From assembly GCA_008690995.1 (NCBI GenBank), contig VRMN01000013.1, forward strand, positions 310,001 through 374,000: a DNA stretch of 64,000 nt, given 5' to 3'. The position numbers were made by a program, and so were the translations under genes. Within the stretch, counting starts at the first letter, position 1. Every line of letters begins with the position of its first letter. The notes under the pieces are model-generated. The model saw only the letters and a list, made by a program, of their open reading frames with translations. It did no database searches and was not told where the DNA came from. This DNA is from Porphyridium purpureum. Taxonomy: Eukaryota. Of this stretch, positions 40,736-52,168 are shown piece by piece.

Positions 40736-42256
40736 ATGCAGCGCCGGCCGCTGCTCCCTAAAAGGGCGGCGAGCCATGCGGACCGTGCCAATGGTCATGC
40801 GCCTTCAGGAGCAGACGCACCGGGCTCTAGCCTGACGTCACAGTTTTCTGCGCCCGGCGGGCCCGCTTTGACGGACAATCAGCCAGGTTCAGGCAGCAGA
40901 AAGAACCGGGTCACGTTCCCGAACGAGTCGCCGTTCATGGCATCGAGCTTTCAAAACTCGCCGCAGAAGCAGCAGCAGCAGCCGCAGCAACAAGGTGGCA
41001 CTCAAGGCCAGCTGCACTCGCATGTGCCGCATCTAGCATCGCACAACGGGCACCCCCCAGTGCAGCAACAAGCATCCCAAAACCACGTCCAACAGCCGCA
41101 GCAAGGCAATCTCGACAGGGAATCGCACACTCAGCATCAACAACCCGCAACGCAGCGCGCGTCATCGGCGCCAGCACCTCCGGCGGCTCCATCGGCTGCC
41201 AAGACGCTTCAGGACGCATCGGGTGTGCCGACGCGCGCGCGATCAAACAAGAGCGGCGTGCCAAAGAACGCGAGCTTGAAAACAAAAGCCGCGCGCACGC
41301 TGCTCCCTGGCGAGCCCGCGACAGCGCCCTCTGAACCTGCAGAGCAAGCGCATGGCTCGGTCGTGTCGGCCATGTTATCTTCGCCGTACAGCGAAGAAGT
41401 CATCAGCCGGAGTTCGTCGACCAGCGGACGCGTGCGTTCCGACTCTTTTCTTTTGCTGAGCCGCGGCACGTCACTTTCGTCCAGTCGGTCTGCACACTCG
41501 AGTGTGACGTCGCGCGGCAAAGGTGGCATCCCTAACATTACGCGCTCGGTTTCGTGGCGCTTTCTAACAGCGAAGCGCGACAGCATGGGCAAGGTGGTTC
41601 GACCGAACGACGAATGGCAGTCGATTTTGTCGCGCGCCGAATACAAGATCCTGCGAGAAAAGTGCATGGAGCCGCCGTACACGGGCAAATATGTAAATTT
41701 CAGCATGCCGCCTGGCGGTGAAATTGGGCTCTTTCTGTGCCGCGGCTGCGGAGAGTCGGTGTTCCTTCCGCAGAACATCAAGATGAGCACCACGGGCTGG
41801 GTAACATTTAGCAGCGCACGCGCGAACGCGGTGCGCATTGCGCAAGGTGTTCGGAATGGCATGAACGTGAACGAAGTGTATTGCGCGAGCTGTCACGGTT
41901 TCTTGGGCATGTCAGACCGCGGATACCTGCTGATCAACTCGCATGCCATTGAATTTGTGATTCCGAACTTGCCCGCGCATGAGAGATCCGCAGCGGCACG
42001 CTCGGCTTTGAACCACAGCCAAGGCCACGGTCACGGTCACGGTCACGGCCATGCGCACGCGTCGGCGAATGGCGGAAGCGGGAGTGGCAGTGGCAATGGT
42101 CCCAGCGGCGCTGGAGGCAGTGGGTCTCAGAAGCGGACCTCGAAGAGCATGAGCACGGTGAAGAACGCACAGCCGAGTGTTGTGATATTTGCCACGGGCG
42201 GCGGTGGCGGCGGCTGCGGCGGTGGTGGCGGTGGCGGCGGCTGTGGCGGTATGTGA
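40736..42256 (+). CDS. MsrB/SelR-like domain protein with a long disordered N-terminus; catalytic Cys absent
   Basis: EWQSILSRAEYKILREKCMEPPYTGKY, CRGC, GWVTF, EVYCASCHGFLG and YLLINS. Confidence 0.8.
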   Translation: MQRRPLLPKRAASHADRANGHAPSGADAPGSSLTSQFSAPGGPALTDNQPGSGSRKNRVTFPNESPFMASSFQNSPQKQQQQPQQQGGTQGQLHSHVPHLASHNGHPPVQQQASQNHVQQPQQGNLDRESHTQHQQPATQRASSAPAPPAAPSAAKTLQDASGVPTRARSNKSGVPKNASLKTKAARTLLPGEPATAPSEPAEQAHGSVVSAMLSSPYSEEVISRSSSTSGRVRSDSFLLLSRGTSLSSSRSAHSSVTSRGKGGIPNITRSVSWRFLTAKRDSMGKVVRPNDEWQSILSRAEYKILREKCMEPPYTGKYVNFSMPPGGEIGLFLCRGCGESVFLPQNIKMSTTGWVTFSSARANAVRIAQGVRNGMNVNEVYCASCHGFLGMSDRGYLLINSHAIEFVIPNLPAHERSAAARSALNHSQGHGHGHGHGHAHASANGGSGSGSGNGPSGAGGSGSQKRTSKSMSTVKNAQPSVVIFATGGGGGGCGGGGGGGGCGGM

Positions 42257-42730
42257 GCCAATGTGAATATGAAGCCCTAATAGTGCATAGTAATCTCCTT
42301 ACACGCGCGCGGGGTATACCTGCGTGCTTGATTGACTGCCGCGCGTGCAGAGCCACTCGCCGCTAAGGCGGATGGGGACGACGCACAGTGACGACACATC
42401 TGTCCCGAGTCGGCCAGAGCGCCTGCTCCTTAACCATACCCATACCCACACCCCGGGGACCAAGCGCCACCCGACAACACTCAATTAAACTGTACCCCCG
42501 AGTGCTGAACTGTACTTGTCGAATTCGGCAGGCGTGTGGCCAGCAGGACGCCGAAACGCGGAACAATCGGCGACGCGGGCCGTTGGGCGTTGGGAGGGGA
42601 AAGGATTCGCGTCACACGTACGACGCGCGCGCTCGATAACGACGAGCTGCCACTGTCTCGAAGCGCTTGCGAGTCGGCCGCGCGGTTGTGGGTGCAGAGG
42701 CTCCCGGCCCCGTTTGGGCGCGCGCGCATC

Positions 42731-43537
42731 ATGTTGGGCCTCGGCAATGGCGTGCGCGATATGGTGATCGTGCTGGGCGTCATGTCCTACATGAAGAACT
42801 TGGATCAGGAGGACCCGAAGACGCTGCTGTTGTGTAGAGGCGTGTACCTCGTGTACGCGCTGCTGATGCTCGCGTACCACCTGTATCTGCACACGGTCGT
42901 CACAAAGAAGAACGACCAGCGCAAGATCAAGGTGCCGGTGGTGGCGAATCCGTGGAGCCAGGCGCAAGCACAGGCAGCCGCGGCCGCGGCCCCCGATGCT
43001 CCGCGCAGCGCGCCCGCGCCGCCTGCTTCCCCCGAAGAGGAGGAAAAGACCGTGCGTGATTACGACATGGGCATCCTCGTCGCGCAGCGCAAGGCGCTGC
43101 TCACCAATATGGCCATGATGGCGTTTGTGCACTTCAAGATGGGGTCTGTCTCACCGCTCGTGGTTTCTTCCGTGATGGGCATCCTCAAGGTCTCGGACGA
43201 GCATCTGTTCAAGCTGCACGTGCTGGGCGCGGCTGAGGAAGGCAAGCTTGAGCGCCCGTTCCCGACGGAGCCCAACCCGCTGATGGCAATGCTTGGCATG
43301 GGTGGTGAGGCAGACAAGAACGAGGGCGGCGAGGAGTCGACAGTATCGGCGTCGCAAAATGGAGCCGCTCTGGCCGACACCTCGGCGGCAGACGACGCTG
43401 ACGAGTCTGAGGAAGAGGAGCAAGAAGAAGAGGAAGAAGAGGAGGAGGTGGCGGAGGAGAAGAACGAGGTGGAGAAGAACGAGGAGGACGAAGAAGAAGA
43501 AGTAGAAGAGACGACGGAATCCAAAAAGGACAAATAA
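42731..43537 (+). CDS. PHO88: Pho88/SND3-family ER membrane protein with an acidic tail
   Basis: KKND...IKV, TVRDYD, MAFVHFKMG...PLV and LFKLHVLG...LERPF. Confidence 0.85.
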   Translation: MLGLGNGVRDMVIVLGVMSYMKNLDQEDPKTLLLCRGVYLVYALLMLAYHLYLHTVVTKKNDQRKIKVPVVANPWSQAQAQAAAAAAPDAPRSAPAPPASPEEEEKTVRDYDMGILVAQRKALLTNMAMMAFVHFKMGSVSPLVVSSVMGILKVSDEHLFKLHVLGAAEEGKLERPFPTEPNPLMAMLGMGGEADKNEGGEESTVSASQNGAALADTSAADDADESEEEEQEEEEEEEEVAEEKNEVEKNEEDEEEEVEETTESKKDK

Positions 43538-43565
43538 ATGATGCAGTGCGTTCAGCGCGTCCAGT

Positions 43566-43628
43566 GCATTCCATGGATTCCATTGATTCCGTTCGTTCCG
43601 TGAATTCCTTGCATTCCATGCGTTCTAT
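43566..43628. repeat. Imperfect ~9-bp ATTCC-containing tandem repeat in the 3' flank of PHO88
   Basis: cattccatg gattccatt gattccgtt cgttccgtg aattccttg cattccatg. Confidence 0.6.
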
Positions 43629-43812
43629 CATTTTACTCGTCTTCACAATGGCAACAGACTTGAGACCCAAAGAAAAGAATAGGGGGAAGCAGATTGGAAA
43701 CTGATGACAGCGCTCACGGAGCCGCTCTTCTGCAGGCATCTCTGCAGGAGCTGCAATACTTGCTCCTACTCTTGACACCGCTGCCACTGCCCGCTACAAA
43801 TCGCTCCGTGAG

Positions 43813-45663
43813 ATGGATGCCATACGACAGGATGGTGCGTTCTGGGACACCGACAGCGCGAACATTGCATTAGAAGGCGGTGGGGATAGTAGCAGCGAAT
43901 CGAGACCGCTGCTGTGCGAGCCAACTGATGCTGGACGATTCGCGTCGTATATCGCATTCAACTCACTTGAGAATCTGTCGTCGCCCGACAGGGTCGCAAC
44001 AAACAGGGTTGTGTTTGGTGTTGAGCGCCGCGAAGCTCAGGGCCTTGCCGAGCTTGGTGTGACGCACGAAGAGCTGGCGAGCAGTTTTGTCGCCGCAGCA
44101 GGTGTGCTTCCAGTTGGGAGCTTGGCGCCGGACGGTGATGATGACTTACAGATGATTATGCCACTGGAGCAGCGCCAGCGATTGCCTCGGCGGCCGACGG
44201 AGCCGAGCTTGTTGCAGCGCGCGCTTACGCGTTCCATCTCGTTCGCACCCGCCACGCAGCGTAATTTTGAAGACGAAAAGAGTTTGCTGCTTCAGGCAGC
44301 CGACGAGCAGCCACAGTATGTTCCATCCTTCGCAAGAGATGCACTCGTCGCGTCGCCTTCAAACTTGAGTTCGACGCGTCTGGTGCCACTGCATGCATTT
44401 GCCGCATCACGGCGCAGCATGATGACCAGCCTGTTTTCCTTGACGGAGGATCTTGCGAGCGACTTTGAGCAGCCACCGGTGCACCTGGACGGTGCGGATT
44501 TCACTGCAGGCGAACGCAAAGAGGAACATGGGTTCGGGGCTGCCGACGACTTTGAGTGTCAGGAGTCGCTGTTATTGCCATTGCTACAGCACGTAGAAAC
44601 TGTGGTGGAGGTCGAGCCACAAACTTTGGCTGGTATCGACAAGGATGCAAACGTGCTTCAGTTGCGAGTGTCCGTACAGGTGAAGCTGGCTGCTTATGTT
44701 CTCTTGGCATGCTACATTTTGTCTGTGTCTTCGCTCGGCGTACTACAAGGCTACTTTCCTGACATCCCACCACTGACGCTTGCCGCATGGCGCGTGCAGT
44801 GCTGGTTGCTCGCGCTAGCGCCACTGGTTGCGGCCGAGTGGCGCTCAATGGGCTACAAGCGCGTGCGCGCGTGCCTTCGTATCGAGGTACTGCGGCGTGT
44901 GTGGGTTGCGAGCTTGTGCCAGTTGATATGGAACTGCGCACTCATGGTGGCGCTGCGCATGACGTCCGTGGCAAACGCCTTCCTGTTCAACAATGTCCAT
45001 TCGCTGCTTCTTGTGCTGTGGCGCATGGTCACCGGCGCCGAGGTGCTGCTAGCTGAGTTTGCTGGGGTGGCGCTCGGCATATGTGGAGCCATTGTGGCGC
45101 TAGCGGATCATCAGAAAACGACTACCTCGTCACACGCGCTTGCTCTGCATCCTGTGCTTGGTGCTGTCGTGGCGCTTGCCGGCGCCGTGGGTGGTGCGTG
45201 CTTTGTTCAGCTCTCCAAAAACTTGCGCTCCCAGGTTCCGCCATTTACCTTTTCCATGTTGATCAACGTGGCGAATTTGCCGTGGCTCGTGCTGCTCCCG
45301 CTTTTGTCTGGCGGTGATGTCGAGTGGTCAGCGGGCATGCGCGGTTTATTTGGCTGGACCCAGCAGTCTATGTGGGGCGTAGCTGTTTTCATCGGACTCG
45401 TCATTGGCATAGGCGGTGGCAGCCTCAGCATTGTCCTCCTCAAGGTCCTTTCGCCGGTTGTGATTGCGGTGTGTGCACTTCTTGTGCCGCTCGTCGCAGG
45501 GGACCTGTGTGCGCTGCTCGGCCTGTCCGCGTGGCCATCAGCGCAGGCCATGCTGGGCGCGTGCGTGCTGCTTCTCGGTATTGCGTGCATTGCAGCCGCG
45601 CAGCAGATCCGCCAGATCTCCATGCAACTGCGACTTGTCAGCACCGATCCGCAGAAACTCTAG
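43813..45663 (+). CDS. EamA/DMT-family transporter with a long hydrophilic N-terminus
   Basis: About 10 hydrophobic segments in two EamA-like halves (PPLTLAAWR, ALRMTSVANA, LSPVVIAV). Confidence 0.8.
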   Translation: MDAIRQDGAFWDTDSANIALEGGGDSSSESRPLLCEPTDAGRFASYIAFNSLENLSSPDRVATNRVVFGVERREAQGLAELGVTHEELASSFVAAAGVLPVGSLAPDGDDDLQMIMPLEQRQRLPRRPTEPSLLQRALTRSISFAPATQRNFEDEKSLLLQAADEQPQYVPSFARDALVASPSNLSSTRLVPLHAFAASRRSMMTSLFSLTEDLASDFEQPPVHLDGADFTAGERKEEHGFGAADDFECQESLLLPLLQHVETVVEVEPQTLAGIDKDANVLQLRVSVQVKLAAYVLLACYILSVSSLGVLQGYFPDIPPLTLAAWRVQCWLLALAPLVAAEWRSMGYKRVRACLRIEVLRRVWVASLCQLIWNCALMVALRMTSVANAFLFNNVHSLLLVLWRMVTGAEVLLAEFAGVALGICGAIVALADHQKTTTSSHALALHPVLGAVVALAGAVGGACFVQLSKNLRSQVPPFTFSMLINVANLPWLVLLPLLSGGDVEWSAGMRGLFGWTQQSMWGVAVFIGLVIGIGGGSLSIVLLKVLSPVVIAVCALLVPLVAGDLCALLGLSAWPSAQAMLGACVLLLGIACIAAAQQIRQISMQLRLVSTDPQKL

Positions 45664-45992
45664 CTCGGTACCGTAGCATGGTGGGTGGGCTCGCGCAACA
45701 GCTTTGCGGGAGCCTGGAGTAGACCAGTGCGCACCGAGTTTCACGCCTCGCATGCCACAACTTCAAGTCAGGCCAGAACCCTAATCGAGCTCAATGACTT
45801 CTTGTCGCGCTCTGCGGCAGGCGGCGGTTGTGCCGGGATCCCTTCCTGCGCGATTGTGTGTGTCCCGGACGGAAAACGTGGCGGATTCGCGCCGGGGGTT
45901 TGCAGAGTAGCGCGGTGCGCAGCGGTCGTTTCTGGCGCGCTCTAGGGACTGAACACCTAGCCGCACGCCGCAGCGCGCGAGAGAATCAAATT

Positions 45993-46814
45993 ATGACGAG
46001 TTGGGTGGAACGCGTCGATGGCGCGACGCTTGCGATCGTGGCGGCAGTACTGGGCTGCGTGCTGCTGGTCGTCATGCGCTTGCGCGCGTCGCATGAGCTC
46101 GCGGAGATGACGGCGAGTTTCACAGAGCAGCAGCGCATCCGACGCGTCGAGCGGAGCTCACGCGCACAGGCCGAGTATGCGACGTTTCGCACGAATCAGG
46201 CCGCACGCGGCGCGGCCTCTCACCGCCGCTTCACGCTGGCCGAACTGCGCCAGTACACGGGCGAGAAGGACGGCTTTCCCCCGTACGTCGCGGTGATGGA
46301 CCCGTTCTCTGGTCAGACAGCAGGCGCGGAAAGTCAGCGTGCGCGTGTGACCGTGTTTGACATGTCTGCGGGCAACGGTCTGGACTTTTACGGGCCCGGC
46401 GCGGCGTACCACGTCTTCACGGGCAAAAATGCGAGCCGCGGTCTGGCAAAGATGCTATTGGAAGCACACGAGGTCGAAGGCCCCATTTCGCTTCAAGAGC
46501 TCAGCGGCTCAGAGACGGACGCGCTCGCGGGCTGGTATCAGAAATTTCTGTCCAAGTACACCGTCGTCGGCGAGCTTATTGACGAGCAAGAACCGGCGGC
46601 GCAGGCGAACAGCGCCGCCGCGCCCGCCGCCAATTCTGGTTCGGGTTTCGGTTCGGACGAGGTGCAAGGCGACCGCGACAGAATCGAAGAGAGCGACGAC
46701 CAAACCAAACATGGGCAAGCTCCAACGGGTCGCCACGTGGGAAATGAGAGTGGCTCTGGCGAAGGCGGTTCCGTGAATGAGTTGCATAGCCAGGCCGACA
46801 AAAAGTTCAACTGA
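45993..46814 (+). CDS. Membrane-associated progesterone-receptor-like (cytochrome b5 heme/steroid-binding) protein
   Basis: N-terminal TM helix, FTLAELRQYTG, VFDMS...FYGPGAAYHVFTGKNASRGLA and W...F..KY.VVG. Confidence 0.9.
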   Translation: MTSWVERVDGATLAIVAAVLGCVLLVVMRLRASHELAEMTASFTEQQRIRRVERSSRAQAEYATFRTNQAARGAASHRRFTLAELRQYTGEKDGFPPYVAVMDPFSGQTAGAESQRARVTVFDMSAGNGLDFYGPGAAYHVFTGKNASRGLAKMLLEAHEVEGPISLQELSGSETDALAGWYQKFLSKYTVVGELIDEQEPAAQANSAAAPAANSGSGFGSDEVQGDRDRIEESDDQTKHGQAPTGRHVGNESGSGEGGSVNELHSQADKKFN

Positions 46815-46990
46815 AGCTCAAAATAAATGACATGCCGGACTTGTGGCCGGCGAAGCGAAGAAAAGTTCTAGAGGGCAGCGGTGGTTGCATGTACTCGTCG
46901 AGAACCCTGCAGGAGTCGTAAAGAGCCAGTGAGAAAGTTTAGAAAAAGTCGCAGGCAGGAGGTTACACCGACGCGGTGCGGGGCGACTTC

Positions 46991-48325
46991 ATGGCAAAGG
47001 AAAAGGCGCGACTGAAGCCCAAGTCCGGGTTGAGCAAGCCCGCGCTCTCGCCGGTCGCGGGCAAGGGGCACGCTCCGAAAAGGCCCTCCAATACAAATGG
47101 TGACGACACGGCTGCCGGGCGAGGTGGAAGCGGCGAAGGCGCAATCGTGCCTCAAGCGGTCTCGCGCGTGACCTCGTTCGAGCAGATGACTCTGCGCGAG
47201 GATGTTCTGCGTGGACTGTTCGCCTACGGGTATGAGCGGCCGTCGCGCGTCCAGAGTCAAGCGCTGCCTGCGATTCTGAGCGGGCGCGATGTGCTGGCGC
47301 AGGCACAGTCGGGCACAGGCAAAACGTCGATGACGGCGATTGCGGCCGTGCAAGCGGTGCGTGCCAGCAGCTCCGAGTTGCAAGTGCTTATCCTCTCGCC
47401 GACGCGCGAGCTCGCGACACAAACGCACGACGTGATCACGAACATTGGTCAATTCGTGCGTGGTCTGCGTTCGCAGTGCGCTGTGGGTGGCGGCAGTGGC
47501 AGCAGCAGCAAAAAAGGCCAGGGCCAAAGCAAGCGTAGCGTCAACAGCTATGCTGGTGTGCAGATTGTTTCAGCCACTCCGGGCCGGGCGTGCGACTTGC
47601 TTGCCCGCGGCACGCTGACCGTACGGAAGGTGCGGCTGCTGCTTGTCGACGAAGCGGACGAAATGATGACCCGCGGGCTTCAAGAGCGACTGTACGATAT
47701 CTACCGCGCTCTCGACTCGCGCTCGCAAATTGTGCTGGTTTCAGCGACGATGCCCGCAGACGTGCTGGCCATGACGGATGCGTTTACGACCGAGCCGCTC
47801 CGCATTCTGGTCGCGCGTGATGCGCTCACGCTCGAAGGCATCCGCCAATTTTACGTGGACGTTGGTACCGAACAATGGAAGCTCGACGCCCTTTGCGACT
47901 TGTACGAGCGCATCACCGTCGGACAGTGTGTGGTATTTGTGAATTCGCGGAAAAAGTGCGAATGGCTCGCGCGTCAACTGCAAGCGCTCGGGTTTGGTGT
48001 GGGCGTGCTGCATGGCGACATGGTGCAGCGCGACCGTGACGAGGTGATGCGTACTTTCCGTGCGGGTGCGAGTCGTGTGCTTATTGCGACAGATGTGTGC
48101 AGCCGAGGTATCGACGTGCAGCAATTAAGCCTTGTGCTAAACTTTGATCTACCGCGTGACCCGGAAAGCTACCTCCACCGTATCGGTCGCTCCGGTAGAT
48201 TTGGCCGCAGAGGCATGGCCATTTCGCTCGTCACGTCCGAAGAGCGTGCGCAGCTACGCACGCTAGAGACCTTTTTCTCAATCCGCATCCCGGCGATGCC
48301 TTCAGATACGTTGGACGTGCTGTGA
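46991..48325 (+). CDS. DEAD-box RNA helicase, eIF4A / eIF4A-III (Fal1)-like
   Basis: GYERPSRVQ, AQSGTGKT, PTRELA, TPGR, DEAD, SAT, LTLEGIRQF and HRIGRSGRFGR. Confidence 0.92.
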   Translation: MAKEKARLKPKSGLSKPALSPVAGKGHAPKRPSNTNGDDTAAGRGGSGEGAIVPQAVSRVTSFEQMTLREDVLRGLFAYGYERPSRVQSQALPAILSGRDVLAQAQSGTGKTSMTAIAAVQAVRASSSELQVLILSPTRELATQTHDVITNIGQFVRGLRSQCAVGGGSGSSSKKGQGQSKRSVNSYAGVQIVSATPGRACDLLARGTLTVRKVRLLLVDEADEMMTRGLQERLYDIYRALDSRSQIVLVSATMPADVLAMTDAFTTEPLRILVARDALTLEGIRQFYVDVGTEQWKLDALCDLYERITVGQCVVFVNSRKKCEWLARQLQALGFGVGVLHGDMVQRDRDEVMRTFRAGASRVLIATDVCSRGIDVQQLSLVLNFDLPRDPESYLHRIGRSGRFGRRGMAISLVTSEERAQLRTLETFFSIRIPAMPSDTLDVL

Positions 48326-48467
48326 ACCAAGCTGCGCACGTGATGAAAGAGATTTTCGTCTCGAAATAGACGCACACAAGCGCATGGACCCTGACATACT
48401 ATAGATATGGATTTATATACTTAGGACCATGCAATGACAGCGGGATGGAATATGCTTCGGCATATGA

Positions 48468-49517
48468 CTACGGGACGGCTCCGCCCGTCGCAGCTGCTGC
48501 CGTTCCGTCGGCAGCAATCCCACGGGTTCTACCCTCTGGGCCTGCTCGATCGATATTATGAGCTCCCCTGTGTCTCATTGGCGGCGCACTGGTGGCCGCT
48601 GCAATGAGTTTGAGGTACGCTTGAAGCGTTTCGTGTGATCCTAGCGCGAGCTCTGGGTAAGTGAGCACGGCATGCACAAGGTCGACACTGTCGACGCCTG
48701 CGCGAGCAAAAAACTGCTGCCGCCTTGCGAGCGCTGCGTCACACAAATCCAGCACGCGAGGCTCGCGTTCCAAAACAGAAGCCGCCTCATCATGTGACAA
48801 GTGGAAAAGGCGCTGCAAAGTGCAGAGCGTATTCTCCATGTGCTCGGTGCCCGGCACGCTCAGCATCTTGCGAGACTCACAGAACGCGTCCGCGATGGCA
48901 TCGGCTTGAAAGCCCCAGCTGCGCAGGACCAGGAGTTTGGGTCGCAGCGAACTGTTCACAGGTGCCTGAAGAAATATCGGATGAATGCGCAGCAGCACGT
49001 GGGACAGCTTGCTGGCGTCGAGGACGAGCTGCCCTGCTAGGAAAGAAACGAGCTCCGGGTTCATGGTTCCAAGCATGGGCCGAACCTGGAGCAGCGTCGT
49101 TGCATACTGAGGCGGAACGCCCACTGCCGTGAGCAGACCGCACGTCGACTGCGCCTGTGCCACGTGGGCATAGTTGTTGAAGCCGACCAGAGCTGGCCGA
49201 GCGACGGAGCCTGCGCCGAGGTCCTGCTCCTCTGTATCACCGCCGGCACCCGCCGTGCGCTGGAACTCGAGCTGCGAGCTGGCCCAGTACGGCACGAGTC
49301 CGCCACTGTCCATGGCCATGTCGCCGGACGGGCCGCGGCCGTGCTGCATGCCAGTAATCTTCACTGCGCGCCGCTTACTGAGTGCGCCGTGCTTTCCGCG
49401 AGCCTGCATGGCAATGGCGGAGATGAGCTGCAGGCCCGCGGACACCGCGAGCCTGGCGCCCGTCGCGGCCGGCGCGCGGAGCATCTTTGCCGCGCGCATG
49501 AGCGCTGCCTGCGACAT
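48468..49517 (-). CDS. mTERF-like organellar protein
   Basis: Repeated L...P.(I/V)L helical units (LLRIHPIFL, SLRPKLLVL, VLEREPRVL, VLTYPELA) after a presequence-like N-terminus. Confidence 0.65.
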   Translation of the reverse strand: MSQAALMRAAKMLRAPAATGARLAVSAGLQLISAIAMQARGKHGALSKRRAVKITGMQHGRGPSGDMAMDSGGLVPYWASSQLEFQRTAGAGGDTEEQDLGAGSVARPALVGFNNYAHVAQAQSTCGLLTAVGVPPQYATTLLQVRPMLGTMNPELVSFLAGQLVLDASKLSHVLLRIHPIFLQAPVNSSLRPKLLVLRSWGFQADAIADAFCESRKMLSVPGTEHMENTLCTLQRLFHLSHDEAASVLEREPRVLDLCDAALARRQQFFARAGVDSVDLVHAVLTYPELALGSHETLQAYLKLIAAATSAPPMRHRGAHNIDRAGPEGRTRGIAADGTAAAATGGAVP

Positions 49518-50251
49518 GACGTACCCAGTGCGCTCCCGCTTCCGTGCGAACCGGGACCAACCGTTTTTCTTTTCCCGTGGCGAGCGTCCAGCTATCGCGG
49601 CGCTCCCCTCGTCACATTCAACCCGCGGACCTTTGCACCCCGCCTCGAACGGCCACGCCGTGCCCAGTCTGTCTGTCGACCTCCGCTTCCGCCGCCTGCT
49701 CTCTCTCTCTCGCTCCTTGCCATTCTCTCTCGCGCACGCGTCTTGTTCCCGCAGCGTGATTTTTTCGTTTCTCCGTGTTTATGAATCTCACAGAAAACGC
49801 GCATTTTCTGATTTTTCTCTTTTTTTTTTTTTTTTTGGCGCTGCGGCTCACGCGTGACGCGAACGCGAGTAAAAAACATCAAATGTACAGTGGGGGTTCT
49901 GTGGTTCATAGCAAACTGGCGCCGTTTGGTAGGACGCGGCGCGCAGATGCCGCAGCCGTTTCGACGCGCGCGTATCTCGGCGCGGTGCGCGTGGAATGCG
50001 GGCGCTACTGGAGTGAGCCCATGTGGCTTAGTGCGCGTGTGGGCGTGGAACCCAGCGGCGGGCCGCATGACGGGTAGCCAACGCGCATACCGAGCGTGAT
50101 GCATCCGCATGACATCATCGCGTCAGCCATGAATGTCCGAGTCATTCAGCCCGCAAACAGCTTTACTGTCATGCTTCAACCTTCAGAACGGCAACCAACC
50201 CTCTTGCACGCCACCCTGCAGAGCTCCGTGGACCAGAAGTGACAGCGGGGT

Positions 50252-52168
50252 TTAGTGCGTGATGGCCCCGAGACTGGCACTTGATACCAACTGCCGGTAC
50301 TTCTTCAGCGCGCCGCGAAGCGCCGACCCGCTTTTGCCCGGCGGCACCTGCCAGGCCGCGCGCCGCGCTTCAAGCTCGGCGTCGGTCAACTCGACGTTGA
50401 TGACACGCTTTTTCGGCTCCAGAAGGATCATATCTCCCTCCTGAAGAAGGCCAATGGGCCCGCCAACCGCCGCTTCGGGGCTCACGTGCCCTACCATGAT
50501 GCCGTGCGAGCCGCCGCTGAAGCGGCCGTCCGTGATGAGCGCCACGGTCTTGCCAAGGCCAGCGCCCATGATCGCGGCGGACGGCGACAACATCTCGCGC
50601 ATGCCCGGGCCGCCCTTGGGCCCTTCCCAGCGAATCACCACGACGTCATTGTCCACAATCTTGCCAGCCAGGATCGCATCCAGCGCCTCCTCCTCCGAGT
50701 CAAACACACGCGCAGGGCCATAGTGTTGATCGATCTCCTTGCCACTGAGCTTGATCACAGCGCCCTCGGGCGCGAGATTGCCGCGCATCACCACGACGTG
50801 GCGACCGGGCGGCGCGAGCGGCTTGTCAAACGGCACCAAAACGGGCGTTTCCAGGGTTGCCGGGTCAATCAAGGGCACGTCTGCCAGGTTCTCAGCGACG
50901 GTCTTGCCCGTCACGGTCATGCAGTCGCCATGAATCAGCCCGCGTGAGTGCAAATATTTCATCACCACGGGCACACCCCCGATCTTCTCGAGGTCTGCCA
51001 TCACATAGCGACCAAAGGGCTTGAAGTCCCCGATAAGCGGCACGCGATCGCCCACGCGGTTAAAGTCGTCTACGTCGAGCTGCACCTGCGCCTCGTGCGC
51101 GATGGCAAGCATGTGGAGAACAGCGTTTGTGCTACCTCCCAACGCCATCATCACAGCAATACCGTTCTCAAGCGCTTTCTTGGTCACAATGTCGCGCGCC
51201 CGGATGTTGTTCTCCAAGCATGTGAAAAGAGCGCGAACCGAGCGCTCGCAGTCTTCGAATTTTTCGCGACTCAATTTCTTGCTGCGGTCCACTGCAGTGT
51301 GCGCCGCCGAGTAAGGCACCGACATGCCTATGGCCTCGATGATCGAGCTCATGGTGTTGGCCGTGAACATACCGCCGCATGCTCCCGGCCCGGGGCACGA
51401 TGCCTTTTCAATGCGCTCCAGCTGCGCGTCATCGATCTTGCCAGCACCACGCGCGCCAATGGCCTCGAACGATGACACCACAGTGAGGTCCTGGCCATCC
51501 AGCTGGCCTGGCAAGATCGATCCACCGTACAGGAACACGCCAAACGCATTATTGCGCAGAATCGGCATCAGCGCGCCCGGAATCGACTTGTCGCAGCCTC
51601 CTAACGTGAGCATACCGTCGGCCAAGTACCCATCATGCATGGCTTCAATGCAGTCGGCGATCAGATCGCGCGAGATGAGCGAGTAGCGCATTCCAGAAGT
51701 GCCCATGGTCTCGCCGTCCGAGATGACCGGCGTGCCGTACGTGAAGGCCTTCCCGCCAAACTTCTCCACCATTTTCTCCAGTTCCGCACCGAGCTCATTG
51801 ATATGCACGTTGCACGGCGTGGCATTAGTGTAAGTGCATGCAATACTCACCAGCGGCTTGTCAAAATCTTCATCGGTGAAGTCCACCGCACGCATCATCG
51901 CGCGCGCGGCCGCGCGCTTGATCCATTGGTTCGTGCCCTTCTCGTCGCCAGTCAACTCCTTGGACCGCACCTTCAGCGAGGACATGTCCTGCGTGTGCTG
52001 CGCAGTCGCAGATGAGTCCGCGGCCACCATCGTTGGGTGGACTGCCCGCCGCGACGACACTGGCGCTCGAGCCCGTTGGGCAGGCGCGTCGGCCCGCGCA
52101 AGAAACGCCGTTCTGTGGCCCAGACGCACGCCGGCGTCTGCACCGGAGGCAATAAAAAGGCACGCCAT
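50252..52168 (-). CDS. ilvD: Dihydroxy-acid dehydratase with a plastid transit peptide
   Basis: [59 protein letters not shown] and TDGRFSGG; transit peptide MACLFI... Confidence 0.97.
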   Translation of the reverse strand: MACLFIASGADAGVRLGHRTAFLARADAPAQRARAPVSSRRAVHPTMVAADSSATAQHTQDMSSLKVRSKELTGDEKGTNQWIKRAAARAMMRAVDFTDEDFDKPLVSIACTYTNATPCNVHINELGAELEKMVEKFGGKAFTYGTPVISDGETMGTSGMRYSLISRDLIADCIEAMHDGYLADGMLTLGGCDKSIPGALMPILRNNAFGVFLYGGSILPGQLDGQDLTVVSSFEAIGARGAGKIDDAQLERIEKASCPGPGACGGMFTANTMSSIIEAIGMSVPYSAAHTAVDRSKKLSREKFEDCERSVRALFTCLENNIRARDIVTKKALENGIAVMMALGGSTNAVLHMLAIAHEAQVQLDVDDFNRVGDRVPLIGDFKPFGRYVMADLEKIGGVPVVMKYLHSRGLIHGDCMTVTGKTVAENLADVPLIDPATLETPVLVPFDKPLAPPGRHVVVMRGNLAPEGAVIKLSGKEIDQHYGPARVFDSEEEALDAILAGKIVDNDVVVIRWEGPKGGPGMREMLSPSAAIMGAGLGKTVALITDGRFSGGSHGIMVGHVSPEAAVGGPIGLLQEGDMILLEPKKRVINVELTDAELEARRAAWQVPPGKSGSALRGALKKYRQLVSSASLGAITH

